Assembly (NCBI GenBank): GCA_012295275.1
Contig: CM022670.1
Span: 18,042,001 to 18,106,000, forward strand
Length of the DNA: 64,000 bases
Direction of reading: 5' to 3'
From: Chrysomallon squamiferum
Lineage: Eukaryota > Animalia > Mollusca
Both the position numbers and the translations under genes were made by a program. Of the stretch, positions 13,671 to 26,480 are shown piece by piece (the stretch's first letter is position 1; every line of letters begins with the position of its first letter). The notes under the pieces were generated by a model. It ran no database searches. It was not told the origin of the DNA and saw nothing but the letters and a program-made list of their open reading frames with translations.

Positions 13671-16600
13671 ACGCATAAAGGTAATTTTATTTGTATGAAA
13701 GAAAGAGTACATTTTAGTAACGTACTTCGATATGATTATTTTCATTTATATAAACACTAATGTATTTACGCATGTTTCTTTGTTTTTATATGTGTAGAAA
13801 GAAAACAAAATACGTAAACAAACCGAGAAACAGTCAGTCGGTCAATCACATCCTTTGTTAAATGTTGGCAAGTAGCAGACATCATTTCTTCATCGTACAC
13901 AATGCTTTGATAATTACAGAAGAAAATACAAATAAGTCTTCAAAGTCTAGTGTTTGGCATTATCAGGAAGTTAATTATAATACTAACAAATGAATTCACA
14001 GTTGGAAGAGAAAACTAATTAGTGTCATTACGATTCTAATTCTTCCTGTATCAGTCTGAGATCTTATTAAAACAAACAAACAAAAACAGTCTGAACTCAT
14101 TCACTCTAGTTGTCTTTTACCTTGCTCTTTGCCTGCTCCTGTCTGTTTATCTCATTTTTTTTTTCATTTTTTCATTCTTTCTCTCTCACTTCGGCTCTCA
14201 CTCTTCTTCTCTCTTCCTCCGTCCGTCCACTCGTCTCTCTGTCTGTCTCACTTCGTCTGTTTTTCTTCTTTATCTTCCCGCTCGGTTAACAGCACTGCCC
14301 TACTTTTTTATTTGTAATCCAAGTATAAGTAAGTTGCTAGTTTCATTTTCGTTACAATTAATTAAACGTGAAGAGCACTAAGAACCAGAAAGCGAAGAAA
14401 AAGAGAAGAGATAGATGCGAAGAAGAAGAAGGAGAAGAAGGTGAAGAAGAAAATATAAGAAGAAAAACGACCAACCATTCAGTCAAATACTAGCATGAAA
14501 ACACAGCAACAATCCTCTATATATAATACTCTAGCCAAAAGGAAAAAAAAAGGTGTAAGTACTATTTTATGCCATTCTACGACGATACAATCATTCATAA
14601 ACTGAATGAGAACACAATTTTTTATCCGTGGTTGTCAAATTATCACTGGAATTAATCAGGCACTTTCGAAACAGAATTACATCATCGAAATAAACGATTA
14701 AATATAATTACCGAGTACCAAGACAATCTAAAATGGAAAACAGTGCTAAAGCTGTAAAATTAAAGTCATGATTATATTCCAGATTAAAAGAGTATACTAC
14801 TGGATGTTTTCGCAAATCCCTAGTGGCTTGTTAAAATGATTTACTTCGTCGTAAGGAAGACAGACACGCAGCAGGGTACAAATCACTGGTAAACAGACAC
14901 ATCTACCAATTTATCGAATTCTGCAAACCATTTCTGTGTAAAACGCAGCGTCGTCAGTCCTGAAGAACGAAGGAAAAATGACCTCCTCGACGACTGCTTC
15001 ATATAATTACTACTTTCGTGTTATGTTGACGATTTCTCTTCAGATGCAAAATAATCATTTAGAAAATATATTTAGCTTATCTCTTAGCACCGTCACAGAA
15101 GAACGTTTACAAAATCGAAAATAACACATATTTAAAACAAACAAAATGAAACCGCAATATCTGTAGGGTCTTGAAATATAACTAATGCGAGCTCAGTGTT
15201 TGGTACGATCAAGAATAAACAGTTCATCAGTCGGGTTTATAAATAATAAGTATTTTTTTTGTATTGAATTTAGGACAGAAAATTGATAATGTTTTTTTTC
15301 CCCCATTCCATCCAGTGTCTAGTATTTATACCAAGTTGTTACAAATATTGTAATAAAATACATCTTCTTAATGCTTCCAATTTTTATTTTTACTTTTTAC
15401 TTTTAGATAAAATTGCAGTTTTTACATTAATATTCTATTGTTATAGAAATTGCAATATAGAGCTCCTTATTGCATGTCCGGTAGGTATAATCGTTACTAT
15501 TATTATTGCTGTTGTTGTTGTTGTTGTTGTTGTTGTTTCTGGCCATCTAATAAAAAGCCCTTGTCATTGTTTTTAAATGGTTCGATTTCTATCTGCAATC
15601 AAAATGCTTTTATCTGTTTGACTCCCTTCCGTCTCTTACGTTTTTCTCTCTCTCTCCCTCCCACTCATGTCTCTGCAGGTTAAATATGCACATTTATATG
15701 ATTATAAGGCGGGGTAAAAAACAAAAAAGCTTTAGTAATTTAGTTCCAATATCAGTTTCAATACACTAGTAAGCTAGTGAAAATAACTGATTATGACAAA
15801 CCACTTTTGTTACGATTCGTTAGTTTAGAATTTCCGTTTACGAACGTCGCAAGTGATTTGAATTCATAAATATATTAACAACTCGGGTCAAGATATTTGT
15901 GTTATTATTATTATTATTATTATGTTTCTGAACATATTACGAACAGAAGCAAATAATTGTACAAATTAGAATGGAGTGTTGAAATATAACTATAACAAAT
16001 GCACTTTAAACAGTCTTCTTTAAAAGATTTACGAGAGCGAAATCAGTGACTGATTCTTCTTTTTCTTTTCTTCTTTTAACACTTTTTTCTTTTCCTAAAT
16101 TTTGAGGAAGGAACAAACGAACTGCTGATGGATGAAATTAAATTTCTTTCTTTTCTTTTTTTTTTTTTTTCTTTTCCTTTTAGGTGCGTGATTTGTATAA
16201 TTTCGACACGAATGGAGCAAACAATGATATAAAAACAGAGACAACTTATAAAAACATGCGTATATCAGAATGTCTCCAAAATCAAATGCTCTAGTTAAAA
16301 AAAAAAAAAGAACTGTTAATACTGAAGTAATTGTGATCGTAAATTTGAAAAGATGACAAGCCAAAATGCTTAGATATCAATAAATAAAATAAAATAAAAT
16401 AAAATAAATAAATAAATAATGAAAGAAAGAAAGAAAGAAAGAAAGAAAAGAAAAAGAAATAAAAAATATAAAAATGTGTGTGTGTGTATATATATCTATA
16501 TATACATATTATATATATATATAATTAAAAGTAAGTTAAAAAGTGAAAAAAAAGTTGACAGTAATAATGAAAAAAAAAAAAAAAAGATATATATATATAT

Positions 16601-17413
16601 ATATATATTAAGAACATTAAAATTATCAAAGGGAATCGGACTAATGGGGAAAATAATTCATTTGTTGTGTAGTGAAGAAGAATTAGGACGTAGTAAAAAA
16701 AAACTTAATTTCCTCTCGCTTTCGTAAACACAGCACAATAAATTATTTTCGATAGCTTTATCTGAAGTATGATTCGTTGCAGCTTCACTTGAGGTAAATG
16801 TGTTTACATGTGACGACTTCGTGTTTTTTCATTACCGAGAGGAGCCGAAGTCGGAGTGCATTTAATGAATGTTTATCGAGAGTTCAACATGTTTTAATGC
16901 CAGTGATCGTAAGGTGACAGTCATGTGCTTAATGTATAACAATTGTATAACGCCACTCCTTTATCATTTCTCTCATACAAAGCTTTCCGCAGACACGAAC
17001 GCAGATGTGGAAATCAATTAAATCACGGTGATGAATTGATATACGAATTATTTGATGACTTTTTGATGACAAATTAGTCGCAGTAAAGTAACCTCGGTGC
17101 GTAATGATTATACTTCATATTAGTAAAAACCCCTCACTGGAAACTATAGCTTGTGATATACCAGCAATTCATCCATGTCTGTAATTTAACATGAAATCTT
17201 TGTTTTCCTGTAAGAAAATTCTGCGGTTCAGAGTACAGTTTTTGACATTGCCAGAATTTATGATAACAATACATCCATATATACATACTTACACACACAT
17301 ACATACATACATGTATACATCCATCCATCCATCCATCCATACATACATACATACATACATACATACATACATACATACATACATACATACATACATACAG
17401 ACATACATATATT

Positions 17414-17490
17414 CGTGAGGTCGTAACTGGACTTTGTCCTCCTGCGCCAGTGAGTTCCCGAATGTTGTCTACGTGCAGACGTACATAAAC
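17414..17490 (+). mobile_element. SINE-like dispersed repeat, family B, 3' fragment embedded in (CATA)n
   Basis: GTGAGGTCGTAACTGGACTTTGTCCTCCTGCGCCAGTGAGTTCCCGAAT...CAGACGTACATAAAC matches the reverse complement of 34501-34584. Confidence 0.75.
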
Positions 17491-19594
17491 TACATACATA
17501 CATACATACATTCATACATTCATACATATATACATACATACATTCATGCATGCATTAATACATATATGTATGCACGGACGTATGAAAACACAATCTCACA
17601 CATAAAAATACCTACTTCATAAAAACCTACGTGAATTTTAAACTCTTTGAAGTCGTTTTGAAAAAGAGATTATTTATATGATAGGGGGAAAAAAAAAAAA
17701 ATAATAAAACAACCAAGGAAAACTGGACGAAATAGGAAACAGAACTGATCCCGCGACCCTTGTTTTCTCAGGCAAACATTCCACTGTGGAGATAGAGCCC
17801 GGCCAACATGCTTCATCAGATAGACGAGCTTTCGTTTAGCGAGATGCAGACCTCCTGTAGTGTTACCTGTACTAATTACCGTAAGGTAAACACTGATGAT
17901 GATGGCATGGCGTCTACGGTGCTTCAGTCGTAACAAATATAAACACATTGCAACGTATTTTAAAGAAAAATCAACAAATCTAAAGAGAGAAAACTTAAGA
18001 CTTTTTGTTTTTATCGTGAGAAAAAAGATCTTGGCAGTGAGTGAATGATGAGTGGTGGAATTTTTCAATTAGTTCCTGTTTTTTTTTTATAAATTTTATT
18101 TTGTTTTGTTTTACTTTATCTGTATTATTATTTAGTTTAGCTGTACAAATGTTTTTACATGTATAGGCAACTATCTCCATTTTTTAAAATAATTTTTTGT
18201 TTTTTGATTGTAATAATTTTATGTATTAAAAGACATATACGGAACGGTTAAAAATAGTAATAAATCATAGTATATTGATATTTATGTATTAGAAAATAAT
18301 TTCAAGATGTATTTTTTACTTTCAAAATTTGCCTAGCTTCTTGTTTTTAAATTTTAAGGAAAAATAAACACTTTAATGAATTTTAGACTATGTAAAACAA
18401 CAACAACTGCTGAAAAAAAATAAAAACAATAACATGGAAAGTTGATGCAAACTTTTTGACTTTTGCATCAATATTAAACATTCAAAATATTTTCTTAAAT
18501 TATTAACATAAACTGAAACTGGTTTGCTTATAAACATTTTTATTTAGACTTTAACCTTTTTATATTATAATTTACATGCATTGACTCTAGGATCAGTAGG
18601 TATCTGCCAATTACAGTATTGGAAAAAAGTTTTCGAAGATCATATCTAATTATGGGGGTTTTATTTTTGTTTTTTTTAATTCTTAACACAGTAACCGATC
18701 TTTGTATCTACTGTTTGGCGTCTGAAGATAAGTATTTATCAGGTTCTAACGAAAGTTCAATCCGTCTTTATAAGTAAATATCCAGTTAAAACTTAGGAGT
18801 TTTATGAACGTGCATTAAGAAGCTCATTGACAGATGGAAAGAGGTCACAGAGAAGACTGATGACTATATCAACAATTAAATATTCAGATATCGTGAGTTC
18901 TTTGTGTGTTTTTTATTCTTTTGTTGAGCCTTAAAAAACTGACAGAAGTTTCGTTACAACCTAAAACCTGCTGCTTTACCATCAACAGCTAATAGTCAAG
19001 CAAAATCACATGATATAGACAAAATTGCATAAACATTTGACTTTTCGAATTCACAGAACTGGATATTGAAAAAAAACAGATTGCTATGGAAAAAAAGTAA
19101 ATTATATATGTTTTAGCTGGCTGATGTCTAATATTTCCATGAAATGACATAAATATTCCTCATAATTTGTGATTAAATTAAATTAATTTCGAATCAACAA
19201 ATTATATTGCTATGATCGATTTGGCATCATTTTAGATTGCTCGTAAAATTCTGCCTAGAACTGTCGAAGCATCGCATTGCTTTTAGTTGACCATAAATTG
19301 GAAATTACTGTCTATCAAACTGTCATCATTCTTTAACAGTTCAACATGACTTGATTTGTTGCAGGTTGATATCAAACCTGCAATACTAAAATAATCCATA
19401 ATTTCCTTTATTTCATCAATGATGAAAGGGTTCCCATCGAATAACTGCACCACAGATGTCAAAAGCTTTTAATCTTTATTTATAGTGTCTGGTCCTTGGT
19501 CATATCTTTCATGTGGAATTTGTAAAATACTTTTTTATATAGTCAGGATTATTGTTTTTGTTTTTGTTTTTCATTCAAAGGGAAAAAAAAGTCG

Positions 19595-19977
<383 letters not shown>

Positions 19978-19993
19978 AGAGCATGTCATAATA

Positions 19994-20051
<58 letters not shown>

Positions 20052-21780
20052 CAACAACAATAAAAAATCAAATTACAATACTGTAACATAAAAAGGGAAA
20101 AATAAAAAATAAAACAGAAATGACACAAAAACCGAAACATCTATTCGTCCATTTTAAAATTGAGAAAAAAAAAAACCTACAATGATTTCTAATTAATGAA
20201 GGCCATCTTAGACTAAATTGAAGTGTTTTCATTTTTTCTTAGAATGTATTTTCATTAATTAATGAATCCAAATGGATATATGAAGAGAGATTCTTGTATT
20301 TTAATCACGACGGATAACGAGCTAAACAAACAGTGTCGAGCAGTTTACAGTTGATGACATTTGCCTTCCTACTGGTGATAACAAAAGAGGCAGATCAGAT
20401 GGACTGACGCATGATGGCGGCCCAGTGCGCGCCGTCGTTCGCTGACCAACGTGGTTAATGCGTTTGCATTGTTACAACGTCGGTCTCGGAGTTATTAAAT
20501 TAATGTTAGTTTTTGGACCTTTGCAGATAATCTCCAAACCAAACCAAATAACAAAATGGATATTACTTCTCTCTATTTTCATTCTTTCGTTATTCTTTCT
20601 TCTTTTTTTTTCTTTGACCTTTCTCTGATTCCATTCCGAAATCACCTTGCTCCAGCGAAAGAAATTATTTGTGGCTTTTTGCACAAATAAAATCCAAAAA
20701 GAAATATTAATCTTGACACATGATTTAATAGATTCACATCAGTCTAGCCTGATTTTTGAATACGATTTATACTTGAATACAGTGAAAATAATAATGATAC
20801 TGAGTTAAAAAGAAGAAAAGCAGAAAAGAAGATAAAAAAAAAAAATGTAAAGACTTAAAAAGAAAACACATGACAAATGGGAAACAACACAAATAAGAAA
20901 AAACACAAAAGCTATATGCTAATTTTAAGATATAAATATATTTTTGGCCAAAAATACTTAATAATTATATTCTGCATCTATTATCTTTGATTATATTATA
21001 CTTAGCCTCTTATTTAGGTTTTAAGATTAGCCAGTAAAAGCTCATTTGTTTGTGAACCTGTAAAATCACTTGGTTTGCGAAGAAAACTCCAGTTGAAACA
21101 ACAGTTTCAGCTTGGGTATTTCACACTGAAACGTTAAAATGCAGTTTTGTTCCCGTTCATTCACTTTTAGTTGATGTCTGTCAGTACTGACAGAGATGCT
21201 GTGTTTTCTTTCAACAAAGAGTGATTCAGCATACTTCAAGTGGCTCTCGTGTCGTTAATATGGTTGCGTCTGTTAATATGCTTGTTTTATGTATCTGTGT
21301 GAATGTATTCGGGCATAGTGTATGTGGATTAGTGTACCCAGCTAAACCTGAATGTAGAGTTTGATGTAGCTACAGGTTTGTGATGTGTAAGTCTATAGAT
21401 CTGTGTTTATATACGTAAAGGAATCGTTGCCTGTCTCTGCCTTTATGTCTTATCTGCAATGGATGTAATAATCGTGGATTTTTTTATCCGCTGTGCAAAA
21501 TATGACAGGTTTATAATGTCAGATTTTGATTTTAGTGTGAATGATATCATTCACATACAAAAATAAATGAAAGAAAAAAAAAAAAAAAAAGAAACATAAA
21601 GAGATACTGAAAAAAAAAGAAAGAGAGAAAACTAAAATGGTATAAGGGAAAGATAGAGAAAAAGAGAGAGGGAAAAGATGTGAAGACACAGAGATCCACA
21701 TGGAAAAATAGAGATGCATAGAGTGACAGATTATTAGAGAGACGGAGAGACAGACACAAAGAAAGAGGAGAAGTAAACAG

Positions 21781-21813
<33 letters not shown>

Positions 21814-22181
21814 ACACACGAAACAAAACAAAAAATACAACAACAACAACAAAATAAATAGTTTTTAGATATTTCAAAATACATAATCTACTTGTGAAAA
21901 TCTGGAAAGTCGATCATGCTAAACTAAAACAGAAATCGTGGACACAGTCTTTATTGTGTTACTGGCGCTTTAAAAACTATGTACATTTTATATACGGTTG
22001 GAGCCGCATTTTGGGTTCTATGATACGAAACTGAGCAGTAATGAACACTATACTATTTATGACGATATTTCTTTCGAACAATAATTAATTTTTGTTCTTT
22101 CTTTTTTTATTTCTTTATTTGTGTTTTGTTCTTTATCTTTATATTAATTTAGTATTTCATCTTTTTAACTCTTTCTTTTAA

Positions 22182-22185
<4 letters not shown>

Positions 22186-22266
<81 letters not shown>
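22186..22266. repeat. (CT)n microsatellite
   Basis: Perfect run. Confidence 0.98.
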
Positions 22267-22270
<4 letters not shown>

Positions 22271-23255
22271 TTCCGATCTTTCCCATTAACTCTGTAATTT
22301 TTCTGGCAATCTGCCACCTATATTTTAGTCCTCCCTATCTGCCTATCTTCCCCTCCCATCTCTCCTACCATTTCGTTTATCGGTCTCTTCTCCTCTATGT
22401 GCAGGCTGGTTTGATTCTGGATTGATTTTAATTTCACAGAATGTTGTTTAAGAGATGATGCGTAGAGCGCGTGGTGCCTCTTGTAGTTAATCTTTCATTC
22501 GGATTATGATCGTAAGCACACGAACGTCTATATATACATGTCCATTAACAGGCTGATTTACACATGAAGAGCGGTTGTGTGATTTCAGGACCCACTGTCA
22601 GAGAACCTATTTGTCCAAGTCTTATAATAATCACACGACTGCTAGATGACATGTTTTATTGCACAGTTCATTGTCGTAAGTGTTTTCCTGCAAATTCCGT
22701 TCTTTCTCAGTGCGCCCCATTCGAATTCTCCAACTCATCTTAACCCAGTAAATGTGCCGAAGAACTGAACAGAGAAACCACTTAAAGCGAAATGTAAAAT
22801 AATATTCCTGTGTGATAGCATCCATCAGACATCAGATTAGTATTTGTCGAAAAGCCTTTTCATTTTAAAGGTTTGCCACAAATCAATAGACAAGATCTTG
22901 CATTACGCCATCACTTTATTAACCACATTCAACACATTTGCATTATAAAATGGCTTCTTTTTGTTTCAGATGTTGTAAGTTAGAGGTCTTTCAGCAACCG
23001 TAATAACTGAGAAACTGAATAATGTTGTATTCTGGTTTCCGTACAATAAAATATATTTACAAATACAGTAAACATACTGTAATACAATAACTACAAGAAC
23101 AAAATAAAAATAACATGGAAAGGAGAATGAGGAAGTGAAAAAAATGAAATAAAAAAGAAGGTGAGGAAAAGAAAAAGAGAAAAGAGTCTAATAATAATAA
23201 CATTATTAATGCAGGCGAACACTATTCGAATTTTCAGTGTAAACAAGAAAACGAA

Positions 23256-23337
23256 CGACGAGGATGGGAGTCGAACCCACGCGGGCAGAGCCCAATGAAT
23301 TAGCAGTCCATCGCCTTAACCACTCGGCCACCTCGTC
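23256..23337 (-). tRNA. trnS-GCT: tRNA-Ser (anticodon GCT), 82 nt, long variable arm
   Basis: Reverse complement reads GACGAGG TGGCCGAGTGGTTAAGGCG ATGGA CTGCTAA TTCAT TGGGCTCTGCCCGC GTGGG TTCGACT CCCAT CCTCGTC G. Perfect 7-bp acceptor stem, A and B boxes, paired variable arm GGGC/GCCC and discriminator G. A TTTT Pol III terminator follows 4 nt downstream (23251-23248). Confidence 0.95.
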
Positions 23338-24289
23338 TTGTAACAAACGCTTACTCAAGCTGATTTTATTTTAAAATATAACGTAAAAAAAGGCAGTACT
23401 AAATGATTTTTTTTTTTTTTTTTTTTTTTCTCTGTTGCAATAATATTATATCTGTTTTTAGGCAAAATCTTTGGAAGCAAGTCATGGATTGAAATCATTA
23501 ATCCATATGTCCCTAGGGACAGAACACAAGTCGTGTTTGACCATGAAATCAATGAGTTATCGTTCAGTAAACAAGGTATTAGATGACCTCTGGGGTCTGA
23601 CCAAGGAAGCGAGAAGACTTCAATTTCATACCATTTTTGGTCAATGAAGCCAATTGGTCTTGTTTTGATTCGGACTTAAATCTCCGCTGTCGCACCTCCC
23701 AGCTACTGGTAATACCCTCCTCTCTTCTCCAGATGACATGCCTTTCGTTTCGTTTTGTTTGAACCTATTGTTGAAAATTTATATCAGTGGAAGCGAATTC
23801 AGTGATCTGCATTGAACTTGCACGCTAATTTCCTTCTAATTACATTGCTATAGTTTTCATTATGATGAGTAAATGAGACTGGATTCAACAGAAAGTGACA
23901 TGATATTCGTTAGAAGAAATGGACGTTGGCTCAGAGGTTTTAATCAAAGTGCTCGATCTGTTAAGAACTCATTAAATTATAGTTCTTAAAGGCGCAGTAC
24001 ACACGGTGCGATTTGTTGAAATGTTACCTATATTAGGTGTGCTAAGAGTTCATTAAATTATATTTAATAAAGATGTAGTACAAACGGTACGATTGTTGTT
24101 GTTTTTTTGAAATTATGTCTGTATTACATGTTAAGAGTTTATAAAATTGTTCTTATTAAAAATACTATACCAAAGGTGGGAGGTGTTTAAAAAAAATCTA
24201 TATTAGATTGTGATTTATAAATTACACCTAATAAAGGAACAGCGCCATCTGTTCCTTTTGTATAATCATGTTGCTGATATACTGAATTA

Positions 24290-24800
24290 CGTTACACTAA
24301 AGACTGTTCTTACTGTATTAATTAGTCCATGTCTACCCTTACTGTACGTAATTGAACTATACTGTACTGGACTTTTCTATTAATCTGTACTGATCTTATT
24401 CTGCTATTTTGTACTGAACTTACTGTTTTATTTTGTACTGAACCCACTGTACTATTCTGTACTAAACCCACTGTACTGCGGTGTGCTGTATTGCACAAAA
24501 CGATACTGTGTCAGTATTAAATAGTATCGTACTGTATTCTGTGGTATTGCACTGTAGTAAGTGGACAGCACTGTACTAACTGGTATTTCAATATATCGTG
24601 TACGGTATTGTACTGTACTGTGCGATATTGTACTGTACGGTACTGTAAAGTACTGTGCGATATTGTAATGACTATGCGGTGTTGCAGAGTATTATGCCAT
24701 ATTTGTGTATTGCGCAGTATTCTACGGTGTACTGTGATGTGCGATATTACCCTGCATACTAAGTGGTATTTTACTGTACTATATGGTATTATGTTATACA
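24290..24800. repeat. Degenerate pentanucleotide (TACTG)n-derived simple repeat
   Basis: TACTG, ACTGT and TATTG recur in a 5-bp register. Confidence 0.8.
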
Positions 24801-25066
24801 TTTTGCAATATAAAATAGCCAGAAAATGTTTGCATAATGATACATTAAAATATTAATAGAAATTTTAGTAGTTCTCATGATTATTTATAACGATAAAGTC
24901 TGGAAGAGAAAATCCATTGCCATAAACGATCATTCACTTCATAATGATTTTTTGAGAAACACCATACGGCTTTTAACATATAATGTCTACTGCCTTGATT
25001 TGACTACAGTCTTTGAAATAAAACGCAGCGTGAATAAAGCAAACGAAAGAAATAGAGAAAATTAGA

Positions 25067-25276
25067 AACGTAATAGAATATAACGTAACGTAACATAACG
25101 TAATAAACCGAAAGGTGACGTAATAGAATATAACGTAACGTAACGTAACGTAATAAACCGAAAGGTAACGTAATAGAATATAACGTAACGTAACATAACG
25201 TAATAAACCGAAAGGTAACGTAATAGAATATAACGTAACGTAACATAACGTAATAAACCAAAAGGTAACGTAATAC
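25067..25276. repeat. Minisatellite, 50-bp unit x ~4.2, built from TAACG pentamers
   Basis: TAATAGAATA at 25071, 25121, 25171 and 25221; units almost identical. Confidence 0.95.
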
Positions 25277-25948
25277 AATGCACAAAATATAAAGTAGCAC
25301 AATAAAGAGTACAAAAAGTTACCTGTATTTCTCACTTCCAATTAGAAAAGATAATATCTTTTTTTTTTTTTTTTTTTTTGGGCTATACTGAGATGAGAAC
25401 AACAATGGAGAATGCTATAAAGATTAAGATTATTAAACGTCTGAACTATCGTGATATATCACTTTACAGCGACTCCATTATCCAATACAAAAATATTCTG
25501 TCTCGGGATTAACTTTAGGGAAATGAAAGGAGACGCTTGGTTTGTTTTGCCTGCTGTCATTTTATTGTTTTCTTTCATTTGTTAGACTTACCTAAAATAA
25601 AACATCTCGTGTAACTCTATCGTCTGCCTCGCGTCAAACGAGGACCGAAATTACTCAATTAGTAATGGGAGACATCTTCAAGAAAGCCAGTTCCTGTCGT
25701 GTATTACACATTAATAAAAATCAAATCAAAATTTTCTCTCTAAGATCGTGATAATGATGAAAAATCTCTGTATTTGACTGCTTATCTTCAATCTTCCGTC
25801 TGACAAACTAGTCAGCTTTTGTCTAATTGTGAAAAGAAAAACCAAAAGCCTAAAAAAAAATTTTAAAAAAAGAGAAAAAAGAAAACAAAATAGAAAAAAA
25901 CCCACAAAACAACAAAACAAAAATATATCTATTTATGTGAATACAACG

Positions 25949-26157
25949 CAAAGATAAGTATAGTTATACTGAACAACATTAGTTTATCAAATATACTAAA
26001 AATTTGTGATATGTTTATTTATGTCTATATAATACAAAGGTAAGTATAGTTATACTGAACAACATTAATTTATCAAATATACTAAAAACTGGTGATATGT
26101 TTATTAATGTCTATATAATACAAAGGTAAGTATAGTTATACTGAACGACATTAGTTT
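25949..26157. repeat. Tandem repeat, 86-bp unit x ~2.4
   Basis: TAAGTATAGTTATACTGAAC at 25955, 26041 and 26127. Confidence 0.92.
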
Positions 26158-26413
26158 GGCAGATCTATCTTAAATTCACATCTGAAGCAGATATTATTAT
26201 TATTATATTGGGTAACATACCATAATTTTAAGCTAAAATAAAACTATTACGTCTTTAGATTTCAAACGTAAATTAAATATTTGTTCTATTATCAAATATT
26301 CAAATATTCCAACAGTACAGTGCAGAGATAAATAAATAAAATTAATTAATAAATAACTGAGTAACTGATAATACTATGTGTACAAATGAATTATTGAAGA
26401 ATCTAAATAATAA

Positions 26414-26480
<67 letters not shown>

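Noticed and set aside
17772-17885. Plus-strand exon-like segment (TTTTCTCAG|...AAG|GTAAAC)
   Set aside because: Stop codons in all three frames and no support for a transcript.
24973-25341. Repetitive hydrophobic ORFs (LLRYVTLRY...)
   Set aside because: Products of the 50-bp minisatellite, open in all three minus frames.
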